From the NCBI GenBank assembly GCA_002633005.1, contig NMRA01000041.1, positions 449,589 to 513,588 on the forward strand: a DNA stretch of 64,000 bases, written 5' to 3'. Shown here piece by piece: positions 52,501-64,000 of this stretch. The notes below the pieces were generated by a model. It had not been told where the DNA came from. It searched no databases and was given only the letters and a program-made list of their open reading frames with translations. This DNA is from Phoronis australis. Taxonomy: Eukaryota; Animalia; Phoronida. The stretch's first letter is position 1. Each line of letters begins with the position of its first letter. Position numbers and translations under genes: made by a program.

Positions 52501-55500
52501 ACCAGGTTTCCCGTGGATGACCGCAGAACGGGAATCCCAAAGTATCCACAAAAACTTATCATGCACCTCAGTAACTCTTACAGCGCACACGAATCCATTC
52601 CGTGGAACCTAAACACCATTTTGATATTCATGTATTGTGTTTCATTGCTCATGGTACGGTACGGTTCAGGTTCCCTTGTATTAAGATATCAGTTCCCAAC
52701 CCTGTAATACGTACTTTGAGTAAAATTTCTAGACAATGAAGTTGATGGATTTATTCTCTTAAATGAAGAGTAAACATCAAATTCTGCACTGGTTTTTCAA
52801 AAGCAGTCACACATCTAAAAAGTAAATCCATGTTTGACATTTTTTTTCTTTATCTCATTTAAAAGTTGTCTACCTCACAGGCGCCACATCTATGTTGAAA
52901 ATATTCCTTGTGAAAATATATAAAAGACCAACCAGAGACTGTATACTACAAAATATGTTTTCATAATAGCCTACAGTCAAAAGTGCAAATGTTATGACTG
53001 TAACAAACTGGCTTCTTCATCTTTTCAACACTCGAATTGCTAGAGGACAGAGTCAATCACAGAAACCCCATAAAGTGAATAAATTACATTTAAGGTGATG
53101 TAGTCTCACTGCGAGAAAGGGATTTTGCAATGTCAATGGCAACACTGTAAATTTCTTCTTCACAACTTGAGGTAGCTGTATCTACCACATCAGTATTCTT
53201 ATCAAAAATAACCACCACAAAATGAAAAATTGGCTTGTCGGTTCCAATTAGACAGCATTTTTACAATGAAATGGTCATGGAAAAAATACTTTTGCAAAAT
53301 GGAATGAATTACAGTTGCCGTGCGATTACAGTTGTACATACGTACTAGACCAGTTACAAAATTATTCATGGGAACCATAAAATGGTCAATTCACCAAAAA
53401 CCAAGGAATCACCAGGTCTAATGTGCTAATACTTTTCAGTACTGCAACAAAATCATTTGAAGTGGACATAAACCCGCCTACTATCACATCAAACAACTTT
53501 TGATTTAGACAACTTACCATCATGAAACAGGCATTTTTTCCTCGTCACTTCTGACCAATTTCAGGATTTCGAGAGAACTGGCAATATGCATTTGCTAGAG
53601 ACCAGGCTCTATAAGATGGCTTGTCTAACACTGTGTGATTTTATGCACACAGCATGGTCTAGAGGAATAGCAAACTGTCAATTTGCTGCAACTCCAGAAA
53701 TCACTTCCCATCTGCATAAGGAACATGTTGAGAAAAGCTTATAGAGGTAAATGATCTAAATCAAAACTTTACCTCCTGGAAGGAATGTAGGTTTAAAACC
53801 AGCCTAATTGCAACAGGGGCTGGAATATTATTAATAAATACTCGTTTACAAACAAAAATCTATAATGGTAAATAAAATGCGGAAACACAACTTCAGATCA
53901 ATTTCACAATTTCAAGGAAAAGAAACAGTATAGTGGTCAGAAATCACGAAACAAACGTCTAAATGTTTTGGCCACTCTGAAAATTCCTATCAGACCAAAA
54001 AATCCAGTGGCTAAACAAAAAGAATAATGTACCCATTACCATGTGGCTGTACCAACATAATCCACTGGTCCAGGATCATGAGTAGTGTCTGGACAAAAAA
54101 TCAGTACAGGTAAATTTAGATTTGTCCTGTTTACACAGCAGTTCTGGTGCAAGCAAAGCTTGCAACAATACACAAGCCTACTTCCCTACAGAGCTGTGCT
54201 GACATAATAATACCACCATTGGATTTAGCTGATCTGCCAAAATATTTACAGGTCCAGCAATTGTACTGTTTCATCCCTTTGAATTTTTACAATGCTACAC
54301 CCTTGACAATCTTAAAGTTCAGATTGTCTCTTTCCAATTCATACTCCACTTCCTCTGTCATATCTTCTATATCCAACTGTCCCCGTTTCCCCACAGTTGC
54401 TGAGCGTGGTCTATCTCAACAAATTACTTTGGACCTGTTGTGGTACAAGTCAGTAATCTTTGGCAAATACTTTTCCCCGACTCGTTCCTCATCTTCTGTG
54501 AGTAGACTTTTCGGCCTCACTCTAGCCCCCTCACTTAGTTGTCCAGAAAGGTATCTTCTTGCTGGTTTTGAACTTTTCCATACCCAACCTTCAACAGGGT
54601 TCCAACTTCAGCAGAAGCCACTTCTTCAGAATAAGTCTTTTCTCATTCCTAAAATTGCATTAATAAAAAATATAAACATGTTAAATTTAATGTGGCCAAT
54701 TCGGCTCAGGAAACATAAACACCAAGGTAAAGTGAAGGCATCACAAATAAATCATTCAGATTTTATTATAAAAATTTATCAAATGAATTTCTATGTACCT
54801 GCAAGAAGGACAAAGGTATAAAACAGAAGTATGGCACATTACATGTAGAAAATATTGAGATCTATTTAAATTATCAGCGCTACCTATGTGTCAGTGTTCA
54901 TTGTGAAATGCATGAGTTGTGCACTACATTTCTCTTAATAACATTGAAACATAAAACAATTGACCGATTTTAAGCAAATACGAAATTTGTTACAGATTTT
55001 CATTAAATCAGCCTGCTTCGTCTGGCAGCTTCTGCATATTCCTGAAAATTCGTAGTCATATTAATTCAGCTGTATTGGAAATATCTTCTGGTGCATTTTC
55101 ACCATCATAGGCTATAGGGATCAATCAAATAAAAACTACAACGCCTTAATAGAGGTGGTTACTCTAATGTGCTTGAGTAGCAGCCACTGTATAATATGTA
55201 TTTGCTATGCAATTTCTAGCAAAATCATCCAAAATCCTCAATACAACCGTTCAAGATCTCCCCAGCCAAGTTCACTACTATTCTGGTTGTTTATTACACA
55301 GAACAGTAGATGGCAGCTGATATGACTCCAAAAATTGAGCAATACCATTCGGCACTTCACACAAGCCCATCTTCATGATGACCACAAAAAAGTTAACCAT
55401 TTCAACATGACAGATTTTCAAACAAACATCTGACTTGTGTAATTGTGTTTTTGTAATCCATTGCATACATAGCATACATTATCTTTCATGCACAAGTAAG

Positions 55501-55943
55501 AAATGAAAACCATATGTTCGGTATTCTCAATAAATATTGTGGAAACCTCACAACAGTCATTGAATACTTTTGTTATTTTACCCTAAAATTCATAAATACA
55601 CCGCTTTTTAGCAATAATATGAGGTAAACAGGAATTTTTAACTCTACTGCAAATTCAGCATGCATAAAACAACACCGGACTCCTTTACGTGGTTAACAGA
55701 TCAATTATCCCTTCATGTCAAAGGGATAATTTGGGGGGCGTATGGGTCATGTTAAAGTTCGTGTCTTTTTATTCCAATATTGGGAGGATGCATTTTGATG
55801 TGCGACTTGCCTCACCGATGAGTGATTGATCAAAACTGTGAACTGCGCATTAGGCATATATCAATTCAACTTTATTGAGTTACGTTCCATTCTTTAGGCT
55901 AACCAACTTTGTAAGATTCACTAGTTGCAAAATTATAACTTAA

Positions 55944-58900
55944 GAGCGATTCCATATAAAAACCATATAGTGGGCCATATATGCAAAATCACCATTTTTT
56001 GAAACTTAGCACATCAGCTGGCCTTGTCATAAGAAACCTGAGCCTGTATTTTTAAGAGTTTCCGAGTTTTTTATCACTTTTACGACCTCTTTGTACTTTT
56101 TCTGAAAAATAGCAAATAATAGTACTTGGAAGTAGGTGACTTTTTGTCAGCAACAACACATCATCGCTTCTCGCTATAGAAAATATAACTATATAGCAGA
56201 AAGAAGAAAGAATAACGTACAAGAAAAACTAGTTCGGATGAATTTATTGATTTTTTATGTCCTAACATTTTAGCCTACAAAAATATCATTTTCACTGCTT
56301 ATTATTAAGGCTATTTTTACGCATTTTTATCACTCTCCCAAATCTATATCGGATTTTTTTGGAACATGAGTTCACTTCCATCTGTTATTGCTGTCTTTGT
56401 TCATCCCAACGCAAGAATAAAGAATCTTGTCTCTTTCATAGTTTATGAGCAGTCAGTTTTTTACATAACTTACTTCTGCCAATCTGTGATTGTCAGTTTG
56501 ATTAAAAGAATCTAGGAGGCGCTACTCGAATGTGCAATTATCTATCGACCAAGACGCCAAATAGAACAAACATCATTCGTTTTGCTACATCAGTGACGAC
56601 GGAGATCATGGGAAGCTGTATGAGAGATTTTTTCTTCGTGGATTTTCAGTTTTGATGGTGCAAAAATAAAAATTTGTTATAGTATTACAGAAATCAAAAA
56701 AGTCATTTTTAATGTACTTATGAGTTAATAATACAACCCCATCACCATCTCCTACTTCAGAGGAGCAGGTTTTATTCTTATTAAGGGTGCCCATTACCCA
56801 TTCCATGGCCAGTTTTTAAACACCGTAATTGACTAAGAATCCCACGTACTGCCTGCAGTGCATGTTGGTCCATTTTCAGACCTCCTAGACAAATCCTTGT
56901 GTAGGCGCTTGAAAAAGTCCTCTCAAACTATTAGCAAAGTTCATACTAAAACTAATCAAGATCTTCGAGATCACACGTGAAAAGAGGACGGTGGATACGA
57001 GCAGAAGTGTCGTGTTATTAGACATACAAAGTGTCACGCAATGCTTCTTGTACTACACAAAAGCGGCCGAGCATGGTGCTCCAGTGGAATTTGCAATTTC
57101 AGAAAAATATCAGGTACGAATATTTACGATTGAAAACATAATACTTTCAGTGATATCCAAGATACCGGCTTTCCAAACCAGTATATAAAAGCAATTGGGT
57201 GTTGTTGCGACTTAGCAGCTAAAAGTTTCACAATATGTAAATTCGGTTCATGCAGCGGACTGAAAACCACAGTTTCTTGAGAGTATGTTAGGTTTAGTGT
57301 ATGATACATTTCTACACAACACTTCAAAAAACTGCATTTTGTTTGAAGAAAATAAGAGCTACTGAAACACAAAGTCTTTTATCTTGCTCAGTACACATGT
57401 CTAAGATAGACGTTTCCCAAAACTAAATAATCATTCCTTTAAAAATCTCAATAGTTCCAATAGAACCAATCATGTAAAAAGTATGCTTTACGAGTCTCAA
57501 ACTGAACATAAAACAAAAGACGCTAGTAAAAAGTGACAGAAGAATTCAACGTTGACCATCAGTGGCTTGGATTATTTTCCACAAACGGCCACCACTCAAA
57601 TCCCTTCCCCATGGAAGCCTCTAATTTGCGTCATCTTCCATTTTCCCCAATTTCGCCCAGGGTGGACCCCAGTCCCCTAGCTACGATAACGATGACCACA
57701 ACATTCTCGTAAGAATAAACAACAACTAAAACATATTCATAATTTCCTACAGTTTGTGATGATAACTCATTCATGACTTCAAGCTCCTACTCATTCATTG
57801 AGGCAAACTCGTGGGCAGCAGCAGCATCAGCATCTTCAATATTCTGAATATTTCCGATTCGAGAGACGGCAACCATACGGGAAAAAATCCAGCAATCTGG
57901 TACTCCGACAGCCACTCTTCAGAGGAGAAAACTTTTCTTTGCTTAGTCCTGGCTTCTCGCATCATCTTTACAACCTCAGCTGGCTGTTGTTTTCTGCCTG
58001 ACTGTTCACCTTCAGGAAATATATCACTGGGTTAAGTCTCTACCTTCTCAGAGAAGCGGACCGCTTTTCTAGTACTTTTCAGGGTCCAATCCTGCGGCGA
58101 CTTGATCAACAACGCAAACGGCAGACAACTCAGGTGATCATACAGCAGTGATAGTAGATAAAATATAAGATTGTCTTGAAATGTGGTCGAATTGAGTCTC
58201 GTTCTGGAGGAATGATAAATGAGCACCAACATCCAAGTGCTCATTTAGCTCAGCATCTGTAGGAGAAAATTTCGAGCACCCATAATATGTGCATGTGAAC
58301 TTCGTATGACGTTCACGGGATACCAGCCCCAACTCAGCCCTTGGAGTTTGTTAAAAAACACTCGAGTGTTGCAAGGTCAAGACTTTTCAGAGGCAACATT
58401 TTACATGACTTGTGGATGACAAGTTTTCCCTCCCCTACACTATGGGCCTTCCATGCTCCACTGTCATCTGCGGAATACTCAAAGTTTGTCAGCAAACTTA
58501 TCCCTGAGATACTGTGCTTGGGAAGGACATTTGGGGCATTCACACTACAGGCCGAGACCTAACAGCCTTTGACACCTCCTCTAGACTCGAGCGCATGTTT
58601 CAGGTCGACTGCATTTTGAACGTTGTTGCCTTCTTTGACGAAGTACATGTACTTGGCATGGGACTTCAAGTGTGCGATTTTCCTGTCACAGATGTCTCTT
58701 CCCTTCTGTCTTTCACTGAAGTCGTAGCGCAGAATGGAGATGCCGGTGTTACCAGATATGTAGAACAAATGAATCAGAAGGGCGGCTGAATGGTAACAAT
58801 TAGCATTTTTCGGAGCGTAGGAAAGCTTCCGTTATTTGTGGATCCCTAGCTTTCACCTGCCTTAGCACATGCGTCAAACAGCAAACAGTGAAGAAGTCTT

Positions 58901-60682
58901 GCTTGCAGGCATCTAGAGTATGGATGTACATGTAAGTATGTACCTGAAATACAATGATTATGTAACTCAAATAAGTCAGCTACTTTAAAGAACCACCTTA
59001 TTATATCTTATTACCACCTAAACCGCAATCACACCACTCAACTTCAAACATGGTTCGTCTCAACACGTTTATTATATCAGTTGCTCCTTCAAAACATTTC
59101 TAGGGAGGGGGGAAATTTCCCCTTCACAAAGATATGAAAATCATCCATAAGTACAAAATGGCTTCATTTAAAATGAATGTTTGTGTGCAAAATCTACTAA
59201 GAGAAAAAGAATGCATCACTGTCAAGCTTTTGTTGGGAAATGGCAAGAAAAAAATAGATATTAAGTGCACACTCCCTGTATCTTGTACTGTTACAGTAAA
59301 TCAAAATATATTAAAAAGAGGTAAAGGCAACAACAATTTTCATTACTGGTTTTCTGTTTAATAATAAGCACATCTGAGAATTAATTTGTATCACCTTGAA
59401 TACTAATTGAAGATTTATTTTTACCTGATGGCTTTCACCTTTCTTTGTGATACAAGCTGCCACGTGCCATGAGATCCTTTTTTCCAAACCAGTCGGACTG
59501 TGCTTCACGGAAACTGATGGGTATGAACTTCATTGCAAAAACCATTACAACCAAAACTTGGTGTGGGTTGAGAGATGACATCAGATCCTGTTTTACTTGT
59601 TCCTGGTTTATCCCTCTTACAATATGCTGTGTGTTCTTGATAACAGCACGTCAATTTTTGTCTAAAACCAAGTCCAAACTCATGTCGATGTGTAAAATAT
59701 TTAACGGCGCACTTCCATTGGTTGACCAGTCCAACCTCCTATCTCCAGCTCTGGCAAGAATCAGCTGTAATTCCGATATACTTTCAAACTTCTGTGGCAC
59801 TTTGCACGACCTCAGATGACTTCTGACGTCTTTAACACAGCTAATGAAGGCCACATTTCCTCCGCGATCACACTTATGTAACGAAAATTGGCCAAATGTA
59901 CAAGAAGGAAAATCCTCCACATTCTTTGCAGTGACGGGAAGTGCATATAATCTCGAGCCCTAAAGTGTTATTTGGTAAAGTTAAACAAAGCATAGAGTGT
60001 TTTAGAAAAGTGGGGTCTCAAAAGTGAAATTTAAATTTTTGTGATATTGGATTGTTGATATTAGATCATATATTTTAGGTAATACCTCTAAACTAAAAGA
60101 GTAGCCTCAATTCTCTTGTCAGTCAGAGTAAGGCCACATTACAAAAATGCCCAAATTCGAGGGCCACGTTTAAAACTAAATATATCAGAGACATTTTTTT
60201 TAAACAATTATAAAAGTTCAATCTTAGAAGTGTCTACAAGGAAAATTTCAACTTCAAATATATTCCGATATAGCAGGCAGTTTAAGCAACATCTTACCAC
60301 TTGTGACTCGCCTGAAAAGTGGTCTTGGAGTTTTCTCCCCTGCTGGAAATTTAATTGTACCTACAGTGTATGAGTTGAAAATTTCATTTTCTTACTAACC
60401 TTACATGAATCTTTATGACCATCAATGTCAAACTTTGTCACCAGTTTTCCAAGTCTGACTTTTGCCGTTCAAAAATGCAGTTTTACTGATATGAAAAAAT
60501 GCAAAATATGACTTTATAGCCAAATAGGTCATATCTCGGTAACCACAGGTCATTTAGTGCAAATATTGCAGCAATGTACTTTAGGCCAGCATCCCAACAC
60601 ATGCACAAAGTATTAGTTCTGTATGAATTTTTGAGTATATAGTGATTTTTCATTTTCATATGGTTTTTATATGGAATCATTC
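55944..60682 (-). mobile_element. Sola3 DNA transposon, decayed
   Basis: TTAA TSD (55940-55943 and 60683-60686), GAG terminus, 25-bp TIR gagcgattccatataaaaaccatat with 2 mismatches. Confidence 0.85.
57760..59920 (-). pseudogene. Sola3-type DDE transposase pseudogene (spliced, frameshifted, internally deleted)
   Basis: MKFIPISFREAQSDWFGKK.ISWH, RSENANCYH, RYDFSERQKGRDICDRK, ISGISLLTNFEY and EEWLSEYQIAGFF. GT-AG intron at 58944-59424. Confidence 0.8.
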
Positions 60683-62158
60683 TTAATATCAGTGTAAGGT
60701 TTTTGAGAAATGAACACTATTTTTTGACGGATTTGGCAAGTTTAATTAACTCCATATTCAATCACAGAAATTCAATGGCAGACATAACATTCTGTCTAGT
60801 CTATAAAAGTAGGTCATGGACAAAAGTCATGTTTGGTGGTTTTTATGAAAAGTTATAACTACCTATTTTCTATGTCAATGTATACACACACTGCATATAC
60901 TTCAAGGCACTTGAAGTAAGGTATGATTAAGCAATAAGGCCCAAGTTATAAGCAATTGCGGTGCGTCAATATAAGCATTTTGCATGAAAGAAGATGGCGG
61001 ACGACCTTTGGAGCCTGACGACAATAGGTATCCGGACTATACCAAGCCTGCCTCAGTAGCTGAAAAAGATTTTTTTGACATTATTTCAAGGGCATGGAGT
61101 CTTCTACATGTCCATGTTGTTATTTTTAGTTTTCTCGTGGGGCAGCTTCGCTATAAGGGTATAACTTACCGCTGGTTTTTAAAACGCATGAATAGTACTT
61201 CCACGGAAACAGTTCCGGTGTTACCATGGTAACCGATATTTTAGTGTCGATGCCGGTTTTGCTTACATTGGTCATGAATATATCATGTGATATCAAAAGT
61301 ATTCAGAAAATATTCTGTTTGAAGCAGAAGCTGCTGTAGAAAATGCAGTCAAAAATGACTCATTCCGCATCAAGAAATTGTCTCATTTTGCCCCTCAGAA
61401 GACCTCCTTTGTATCTCCTAAACCACCAAACTCTGTGGAGTCATACTTCACCCAATTTCTCTCATCCCATTAATTAGACTGAACATGGTTCTGAATGGCT
61501 GGCCCCCCACCTTGCCGCTTGTTGGCTGTACTATGGTCGGTGGATCCGTGGACTGATACTTAATAATCTTGATTAACCAAGTAAATCTGATGTGACTAAT
61601 TGCACATGACAGTAAAATGCGATGAGCCACCAAGGTCGAATGCAGCTTCAACTAGTCACAATACGAGCAGATGATCTTGTTTATTTTTAAAAGCATTTTT
61701 ATCAACAATTTACAAGAAGAAACGTAACCCTGCATTCAGAATAATACCTAATCCGTAACACTAAGATCGGCGCAATTTGGTCATTTTTATTTTTCACGTT
61801 TTGAATTTAGTTTCGGAAAAAAGTGTACCTTTCGTCAGACAACACTTAGGTGCATTGACTTGTTCTCTAAAGTAGCTTCTACGTCTCAGTGGTTAATTAT
61901 CGACACATTTTTAAGATCTAATATCAAGGTTGGAATCGAAAAACCGGCAATTTAACTCCCGCAATGTCAACTTCCGCTTTGTTTATCGCACTGAGCCTCG
62001 CTTTGGATTTTAATATTCACCGCGTGATATAAGTCTAAATATGTAAAACAAAACTCAGCAGTTCTACTCCACCGTTGCATATCGCAAACTGCTCCGACCT
62101 AGCTTCGATGTAATCTAATCCATTTATATTTTACATGTATGTGCATTTTAATGACCAG

Positions 62159-62344
62159 ACAATACCGGGTGGTCCAATTGGTTGCCATGGTTCCCGTGCG
62201 CGTGCAACAGCGAGAGAGGCAGATTTGAAGAAGTTCGCTACAGATTCTGTGGGCGAGCTTTCCAAAAGGAATTTCAGGACGTCTGTGGTGAAAAGAAAAC
62301 TATAACTGAAACTAGGCCGTGCAAGGGAGTTGGACCCTGTAAAG
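62159..62344 (+). CDS. Exon 8: thrombospondin type-1 (TSP1) repeat
   Basis: ccag| acceptor and AAG|gtacag donor, phase 1-1. GWSNWLPWFPC.C....VRYRFC....C......ETRPC....C. Confidence 0.85.
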
Positions 62345-64000
62345 GTACAGCTACCACATATGCGGGTACACGAATTTGTGATAAGTGCTTTCTGAAAGTT
62401 TGCAGTGTATTACTTGCTGATGCTTTCGTGTATCGGATTGCCAATTGAGCTAAGCATTTCTGCCAATTAGGTCGAAGAAACATTTAAACAACGATAGTCC
62501 GCCATCTTTGCCTCGCTAACATTGGTTGCGAGGTACCAATGAAAGCGTTAAGATGGTTTTACGATGCGCTAGAGATCCTTGAAATGCAGATCAGCTATCT
62601 CTAGAAAACGAACAAGGAAAAGTGCCCGTCGCTGATAAAACCATATAATAGACTTCTAGCTCAGGTGAATAAGCGCATTTATAAACCATACAATATTACT
62701 TAGTACTGACTTGTGAAAAACAAACAACTGCAGGACATTCAAGAACATAAGCGACGCCATATCTGTTTTTGAAATCTTAGACGAGGTGGTTGTAAATACG
62801 ATAATACACGCAGAGCTTTAGATTACAGAATATTTTAATTTTAGTGAATTTTCGGCTCAACAGTTCATTATGTTTCACACTGACTAAATCACAAAATCAG
62901 CTGACATCCCATGAAAGTATAAATAGTTACCAAAGGATTCTTCTCGCATCCATATTCGACCAAAAAGCGGCTTCGAGGTCTCGTCTGTAAAGTGTGGTAC
63001 TTTTTGTGTCAAGTGCGTATCCTCAGACAGATTGGTTTGGAGGTAGTAGTGTGTCTGACACAGACTTAGTTTCACTCCATTGACGAAATCCTCTGCAAAT
63101 TGAAAACGTTCCCAAACCTTGTGAAATACTCTAAAAACACTCTGATGCAAAAGGTTTCCCACGAAAAAAACATTGAAATATCTGCCTGTTTTTATGCGGA
63201 ATTATTTTCATTTTTTGTTGCTTGCATTTTTGTTTTGTCTTATGTTTTCTTTTATCTGTTGCGTTTTATTCGTGATTATGTGAAGTAAATAAAATAAAAA
63301 GTAATAAAACTACAAATTCAGTAACATGTGCTAAAAAGTTAATGCGTTTAATGTAATTTGTCTCATCACTAAGTAATCGGTGTAACTGTACAAAGTTCCT
63401 AAGGGTTTTCATTCACGTAATCGGTGCTCCTTCAAAATCTAGACAAAAGCAATACCAGGACAACCTGGAAGATAGGTGTTCAAGAAAAAACACCACCCAA
63501 ACGCTGACAAATCCAAAATGCAGACTTTCCTATATTGAATGTTTGAAAAGAGACATCCGCAGTCAACGCAGAACTGATGATGATTGCAAAAAGTATAAAG
63601 AAAGAATCGAATGTCCGGGGCTCTACACCCAGCAAAAGTGTAGACTCGTTTCGGTTGAGAGCTACAGCTGCACGAACTCCTGACACATCTTTTACACCTT
63701 GTAAGACCATTCCTACTTCGATCATTATTTTTTTCACAGCTGACACACGATAGTGCCAGCAGTCCATACGAATTCACACTACTTTGAAATGCAAGTAGGA
63801 ACCAATCGCACAACTGTGGAGTTTAGAGCAGCCATCTTAAAATAGTTTTGGAGTAAAGAATTTCCTCAGACTATGCTTGGCTTTTCAGTGCTAGTGTATG
63901 CAGCGCTCTACATTGCTCACCATGTTCGACTGCATTTTTTATTACTACCATTTTTGGAACGTTTGAAGTATGAACTTATTAATACTTTATCAAAAGATAA

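Larger units (their letters stand above)
51320..61559 (-). mobile_element. Older Sola3-like element (outer)
   Basis: TTAA at 51316-51319 and 61560-61563. Degenerate TIRs share gtccacg and agcggcaaggtggggg.cagcc. Minus-strand remnant at ~54300-54650 (EGWVWK..K..RRY, IEDMTEEVEYELER) resembles a Sola3 transposase C-terminus. Confidence 0.55.

Noticed and set aside
54147-54821. 224-aa plus-strand ORF
   Set aside because: No recognisable motifs. It is the antisense shadow of a decayed minus-strand transposase fragment.
60925-61260. Crypton-like terminus and 82-aa ORF
   Set aside because: Only a vague resemblance (ttaagcaataagg), with no tyrosine-recombinase motifs or matching end found.

Overview
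Eukaryotic, probably marine invertebrate, genomic window dominated by repeats. There is one assembly gap (40595-41575) and single Ns at 37258 and 47208. I assembled one apparently intact host gene by hand on the + strand from eight phase-compatible GT-AG exons (10829-62344, about 483 codons, 3' end not fixed). It encodes signal peptide, Sushi/CCP-like, C-type lectin, atypical Ig-like and TSP1 domains, and none of the supplied ORFs represents it correctly. The first ~9.2 kb is a degenerate 10-bp GGAGGCCAGT satellite, interrupted by a CR1/L2-group LINE that is itself interrupted by a TTAA-flanked Kolobok-type element. The introns hold nested, decayed transposons: Gypsy integrase, Kolobok with a KolX/P2X7-ballast-like remnant, Academ, P-like, Sola3, EnSpm-like, Harbinger-like, hAT-like MITEs and L1/Tx1. 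Unusual signals include recurrent TA-to-TACATGTA insertions, a tRNA-like cassette flanked by inverted repeats, and a long hairpin whose mismatches include tandem G.A pairs. All family and domain calls come from motif recognition by eye, not from database searches.
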